This document shows positions 58,884 to 64,000 of a DNA stretch of 64,000 nt, piece after piece (within the stretch, counting starts at the first letter, position 1; each line of letters begins with the position of its first letter). The stretch lies in contig NW_027590645.1 in the NCBI RefSeq assembly GCF_964213995.1, positions 124,001-188,000 on the forward strand, given 5' to 3'. The notes under the pieces are model-generated. The model was not told the origin of the DNA, did no database searches, and was given only the letters and a program-made list of their open reading frames with translations. This stretch comes from Mustelus asterias. Lineage: Eukaryota. The translations under genes were made by a program, and so were the position numbers.

Positions 58884-59786
58884 TCAGCCAATTAGATGAT
58901 CGATTGTATCCTTCTCACATGTGGAACAGGAGTCTGGTCTCTCCCCAGTGTGAACTCGCTGGTGTGTCCGCAGGTTGGATGAATTACTGAATCCTTTCCC
59001 ACACTGAGAGCAGGTGAATGGTCTCTCTCCAGTGTGAACCCGCTGATGTATCTGCAGGTGGGATGACTGAGTGAATGTTTTCCCACAATAGGAGCAGGTG
59101 AATGGTCTCTCCCCAGTGTGCAATCGTCGGTGTCTCTGCAGATTTGATGCATAAGGAAAATGCTTCCCACACTCAGAGCAGATGAACAGCCTCTCCCCAG
59201 TGTGAACTCGCTGATGTATCAGCAGATAGGATGAATCAGTGAATCCCTTCCCACACTCGGAGCAGCTGAACAGTCTCTCCCTGGTGTGAATTCGCTGGTG
59301 TCTCTGCAGGTTGGATGAATTACTGAATCCTTTCCCACACTCAGGGCAGATGAATGGCCTCTCCCCAGTGTGAACTCGCTCGTGTGTCTGCAGGTGGGAT
59401 AACTGAGTGAATCCCTTCCCACACTCTGAACACGTGAACCATTTCTCCCCGGTGTGACCTCGCTGGTGCATCAGCAAGTTGGATGATTCACTGAATCCCT
59501 TCCCACAATCGGAGCAGGTGAATGGCTTCTCCCCGCTGTGAACTCGCTTGTGTGTCTCCAGGTGGGATGAACTTGTGAATCCTTTCCCGCACTCGGGGCA
59601 GGTGAATGGCCACTCCCCTGTGTGAACTCGTTTGTGTGTCTGCAGGGAGGATGAATGAGCAAATCCCTTCCCACACTCCAAACAAATGAACGGCCTCTCC
59701 CCAGTGTGATTACATCGATGAGTTTCCAGTTGGTGTGAGAAATTGAATCCTTTACCACAGTCTCCACATTTCCACGGCTTCTCCAT
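58884..59786 (-). CDS. C2H2 zinc-finger protein, 10 intact fingers plus a frameshifted 11th
   Basis: accATGgag at 59786 (in-frame ATG also at 59801); acceptor gttacag| at ~60081; promoter lies beyond the window. Confidence 0.85.
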   Translation of the reverse strand: MEKPWKCGDCGKGFNFSHQLETHRCNHTGERPFICLECGKGFAHSSSLQTHKRVHTGEWPFTCPECGKGFTSSSHLETHKRVHSGEKPFTCSDCGKGFSESSNLLMHQRGHTGEKWFTCSECGKGFTQLSHLQTHERVHTGERPFICPECGKGFSNSSNLQRHQRIHTRERLFSCSECGKGFTDSSYLLIHQRVHTGERLFICSECGKHFPYASNLQRHRRLHTGERPFTCSYCGKTFTQSSHLQIHQRVHTGERPFTCSQCGKGFSNSSNLRTHQRVHTGERPDSCSTCEKDTIDHLIG

Positions 59787-60864
59787 GGTGCTGGTGTCCA
59801 TGTGTCTCTCCCAGTTTGACAGTCAGCTGAAGCCTCATCCACAACAAAACACCCGAACGGTCTCACCCCAATGTGACTGGTGCTGTCTTTTCAAGATGTG
59901 TTCTTGCTTTTCCAATCACATTTATGGTTGAAATCTCTTGAAGCAGAAGAACAGACAAATATTTCTCTTTGTAGATTCCAAAGGCTGATGTTGTCCAGGT
60001 CCCGATGAATGGAGTTAATCTGTCAGATCACCATGAGTGTTTGTTTTGAGATTTCTGTCTGGAAATCCTCTTCTGATATCCTGTAACACGAATTTCCAAA
60101 ATTCATCACTGTCAGTGCAACTTAGAAATTCAGAAAAGACAATTCCAGTTTTTATAGAAAATTCTTTACTTTTCCCCACTATTCTTACCCTGCTGTTTCC
60201 CACTCTACACCCTCCCAATTCTCCTAAAGGTGCCAATTCATGTTGGTTAATGAATCCATGCTCATCACTTCCTGTTCAAATGTGTGTAATATGCAGCACT
60301 CATTACTTGGTTGGAGATATGGTGGGTGCAGCGAGTGATCATGATCTGGAACTGGGTGCCCACGGATCTTGTGGCAGTGAAAACAATTAAAGATTTCAAA
60401 CTGAAATTGGATGCGCACTTGAAGGAAATATTCTTGCAGGAGAATGGGTAGATGGAGGGGCAATGGGTCTGACTGGATTGCTCTATAAGAAGTTGACATT
60501 GTCTCCTTCTCTATCGGAATAACAATGCCTGGAAGTATATTAACATAGTTACAATATTCTATTACAAGACTAGAATCATAGAATCCCTACAGTGCAGAAG
60601 GAGGCCATTCAGCCCATCCAGTCTGCACCAACCACAATCCCACCCAGGCCCTATTCCTGTAACCCCATTTACTGGCCCTGCTATTACCACTGACACTAAG
60701 GTCAATTTTACCACGGCCAATCATTGGATGAACCTGTGTTGAAGATATTAAAAAGGCCATGTGTTTAACACAAAGTCAATTTATTTGACTATTATCCACA
60801 ATATTAACACCTATAAATGGACTGTTGTTTATTAACAGCAATGGAAACAGACCCATTCGAACAT

Positions 60865-61910
60865 AATAATTAAGAACAGAAGGAGGCCACTCGGCCCCTC
60901 AAGCCTGTTCCGCCATTCAATAGGATCGTGGCTGATCTGATTGTAACCTCAACCCAACATTCCTGCCCACTACCCTCACCAATAATCTTCCATCTCCTTG
61001 TTAATCAGGAGACCACCTTGCTCTTCTTCAAAATATTCCAAGATTCTTCTTCCTCTGCCTTTTGAGGAAGAGAGTTCCAAAGATCCATGATCCTCTGAGA
61101 GAAAACACTTCTCCCTATCTCTGTCTGAAACACATTTTTAAACAGTGTCTCCTTGTTCAAGATTCTCCCACAAGAAAAAAAAATCCTTTCCACATCAACC
61201 CAGTCAATAGCCCTCAGAAACGTAAAAGGTTTCAATCAAGGCCCCTCTTACTCTTCTAAACTCCAGTGGCTACAAGCCCAGATTCTCCAATCTTTCCTCA
61301 TAAGACAACCTGCCAATTTCTGGTATTAGTCTGGTAGACATTCTCTGAACTGCTTCCAATGCATTTACATTTTCCTTAAATAAGGAGTTCAATACTTTAA
61401 CAACACTCCAGATGTGGTCTCACCAGTGTCCTGTCTGACTGAAACATAAACTCACTCCTTTTGTAACCACTTTCCTCACAATAAACAATGACATTCTATT
61501 AACTTTCCTGATTACTTGCTGTACCTGCATTCCACCCTTTTGTGATTCATGTATTAGGACACCTCTGAATCTCAGAGCTCTGCAATCTCTCACCATTTAA
61601 CGTTTTTTTTAAAATTTGGCAGAAATTCCTGCCAAAATTGATAATTCCATATTTGCCCACGTTATACTCCATTTGCCAAATCTTTGCCCACTAGCTGAAC
61701 TTATCTACATCCCTTTGTGGCCTCCTTACATCCTCTTCACACTTACTTTTCTACCTTTGTGTCCTCAGCAAATTTAGCGACCATGCTTGCATCCAAGTCA
61801 TTTATATAAGTTGTTAAAAGTAGAGGTCCCAGTTCTGATCGCTTTGGCACATCACTCGTCACATCCTGTCAACCAGATAAAGATCCATGTGTGCCAACTC
61901 TGTTTCCCGT
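60865..61910 (-). mobile_element. Decayed CR1
   Basis: FSQRIMDLWNSLPQKA; 3'-UTR stem gatcagccacgatcc…aatggcggaacaggct. Confidence 0.7.
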
Positions 61911-61973
61911 TAGCTTAGTAAGAAGTTTAACAACACCAGGTTAAAGTCCAACAGGTTTATTTGGTAGCAAAAG

Positions 61974-62018
61974 CCACACAAGCTTTCGAGGCTCTGAGCC
62001 CCTTCTTCAGGTGAGTGG
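61974..62018 (-). ncRNA. Minimal type-I hammerhead ribozyme in the Penelope pseudo-LTR
   Basis: CAC-CUGAAGA-A-GGGGCU(CAG)AGCCUC-GAAA-GC-UU-GUG: stem I CAC/GUG, 6-bp stem II, palindromic AAGCUU stem III. Confidence 0.7.
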
Positions 62019-62295
62019 GAATTCTGTTCACAAACAGAACTTATAAGACACAGACTCAATTTACATGAATAATGGTTGGAATGCGAATACTTACAACTAA
62101 TCCAGTCTTTAAGAAACAAAACAATGGGAGTGGAGAGAGCATCAAGACAGGCTAAAAAGATGTGTATTGTCTCCAGACAAGACAGCCAGTGAAACTCTGC
62201 AGGTCCACGCAACTGTGGGAGTTACAAATAGTGTGACATAAATTCTGATTCTAGGATCGCATGATAAAGACTCAGGAGGAAAAAAGCAGAAATAT

Positions 62296-63999
62296 TTATG
62301 TGAAATAGTGTGACATAAACCCAATATCCCGGTTGAGGCCGTCCTTGTGTGTGCGGAACCTGGCTATCAGTTTCTGCTCCGCGACTCTGCGCTGTCGTGT
62401 GTCGCGAAGGCCGCCTTGGAGAACGCTTACCCGAATATCAGAGGCCGAATGCCCGTGACCGCTGAAGTGCTCCCCAACAGGAAGAGAACAGTCTTGCCTG
62501 GTGATTGTCGAGCGGTGTTCATTCATCCGTTGTCGCAGCGTCTGCATAGTTTCCCCAATGTACCATGCCTCGGGACATCCTTTCTTGCAGCGTATCAGGT
62601 AGACAACGTTGGCCGAGTTGCAAGAGTATGTACCGTGTACCTGGTGGATGGTGTTCTCACGTGAGATGATGGCATCTGTGTCGATGATCCGGCACGTCTT
62701 GCAGAGGTTGCTGTGGCAGGGTTGTGTGGTGTCTTGGTCACTGTTCTCCTGAAGGCTGGGTAGTTTGCTGCGGACAATGGTCTGTTTGAGGTTGTGCGGT
62801 TGTTTGAAGGCAAGAAGTGGGGGTGTGGGGATGGCCTTGGCGAGATGTTCGTCTTCATCAATGACATGTTGAAGGCTCCGGAGGAGATGCCGTAGCTTCT
62901 CCGCTCCGGGGAAGTACTGGACAACGAAGGGTACTCTGTCCACTGTGTCCCGTGTTTGTCTTCTGAGGAGGTCGGTGCGGTTTTTCGCTGTGGCGCGTTG
63001 GAACTGTTGATCAATGAGTCTAGCGCCATATCCTGTTCTTATGAGGGCATCTTTCAGCGTCTGGAGGTGTCTGTTGCGATCCTCCTCATCCGAGCAGATC
63101 CTGTGTATACGGAGGGCTTGTCCGTAGGGGATGGCTTCTTTAACGTGTTTAGGGTGGAAGCTGGAGAAGTGGAGCATCGTGAGGTTATCCGTGGGCTTGC
63201 GGTACAGTGAGGTGCTGAGGTGACCGTCCTTAATGGAGATGCGCGTGTCCAAGAATGCAACCGATTCCGGAGAGTAGTCTATGGTGAGCCTGATGGTGGG
63301 ATGGAACTTGTTGATGTCATCATAGAGTTGTTTCAGTGATTGTTCACCATGAGTCCAAAGGAAGAAAATGTCATCGATGTATCTAGTGTATAGCACCGGT
63401 TGAAGGTCCCGTGCGGTGAAGAAGTCTTGTTCGAACCTGTGCATGAAGATGTTGGCATATTGAGGTGCAAATTTGGTCCCCATGGCTGTTCCGTGTGTCT
63501 GGATGAAGAACTGGTTGTTGAAGGTGAAGATATTGTGGTCCAGGATGAAGCGGATGAGATGTAAAATTGCATCTGGAAACTGGCAGTTGTTGGCGCTGAG
63601 CACTGAGGCCGTTGCAGCAATGCCATCGTCATGGGGGATGCTGGTGTAGAGTGCTGAGACATCCATTGTGACGAGGAGCGCTCCTGGTTCAACTGCTCCA
63701 TGTGTGCCGAGTTTCTGTAGGAAGTCCGTCGTGTCGCGACAAAAGCTGGGGGTTCTTTGTACAATGGGTTTCAGGATGCCCTCGACATAGCCGGAGAGGT
63801 TCTCGCACAGGGTCCCATTGCCCGATACGATGGGACGGCCGGGTGTGTTTGCCTTGTGTATCTTCGGGAGGCAGTAGAGATCTCCAACGCGGGGAGTACG
63901 TGGGATGAGAGCACGGAGGGTGTTCTGAAGGTCCGGATCAAAGGTCTTGATCAGAGTGTTGAGTTGACGGGTGTGTTCTTTGGTCGGATCTGCAGGTAA
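62296..63999 (-). CDS. Penelope RT + Cys-rich linker + GIY-YIG endonuclease (5'-partial)
   Basis: Frame open to the window edge (LPKIHK, GRPIVS); DVSALYTSI, GTAMG, RYIDD; CHSNLCKTC; NVVYLIRC…YIGET…R…EH. Confidence 0.92.
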   Translation of the reverse strand, partial: LPADPTKEHTRQLNTLIKTFDPDLQNTLRALIPRTPRVGDLYCLPKIHKANTPGRPIVSGNGTLCENLSGYVEGILKPIVQRTPSFCRDTTDFLQKLGTHGAVEPGALLVTMDVSALYTSIPHDDGIAATASVLSANNCQFPDAILHLIRFILDHNIFTFNNQFFIQTHGTAMGTKFAPQYANIFMHRFEQDFFTARDLQPVLYTRYIDDIFFLWTHGEQSLKQLYDDINKFHPTIRLTIDYSPESVAFLDTRISIKDGHLSTSLYRKPTDNLTMLHFSSFHPKHVKEAIPYGQALRIHRICSDEEDRNRHLQTLKDALIRTGYGARLIDQQFQRATAKNRTDLLRRQTRDTVDRVPFVVQYFPGAEKLRHLLRSLQHVIDEDEHLAKAIPTPPLLAFKQPHNLKQTIVRSKLPSLQENSDQDTTQPCHSNLCKTCRIIDTDAIISRENTIHQVHGTYSCNSANVVYLIRCKKGCPEAWYIGETMQTLRQRMNEHRSTITRQDCSLPVGEHFSGHGHSASDIRVSVLQGGLRDTRQRRVAEQKLIARFRTHKDGLNRDIGFMSHYFT

Positions 64000-64000
64000 C

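Larger units (their letters stand above)
61915..64000 (-). mobile_element. Young Penelope-like element (Neptune type), runs off the window
   Basis: RT plus GIY-YIG ORF; pseudo-LTR 3' region with a hammerhead; CpG-rich. Confidence 0.93.

Overview
Vertebrate genomic DNA, almost certainly a cartilaginous fish (shark): it carries HE1/V-SINE-like SINEs, CR1 LINEs with an esterase-type ORF1, and Penelope and Tx1 elements. The window is a tandem cluster of nine poly-C2H2 zinc-finger loci: five apparently intact, one possibly rescued by a second ATG, and three pseudogenes, plus two small remnants. No KRAB, SCAN or BTB domain is visible. Most loci sit in head-to-head pairs around CpG-island promoters of two sequence types. 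Heavy TE load: one full-length and two 5'-truncated young CR1s, many decayed CR1/L2 pieces, a solo LTR, a Gypsy integrase remnant, a Tx1 fragment, a young Neptune-type Penelope element with a hammerhead ribozyme, and a tRNA-Lys copy. Most notable observations: (1) a U_UUA_AAC slippery site at the ORF1 stop of two divergent CR1 families, with an AUG-less ORF2 in the -1 frame in the full-length copy (candidate programmed -1 frameshift); (2) ZNF genes with a distinctive conserved first finger behind a leader of dead fingers that share TGA stops; (3) a pre-tRNA-SINE unit that appears to have been retroposed as one piece; (4) TE insertions that hit a start codon and a CCAAT box exactly. All alignments and identities were judged by eye, and repeat boundaries are approximate unless a target-site duplication (TSD) is quoted.
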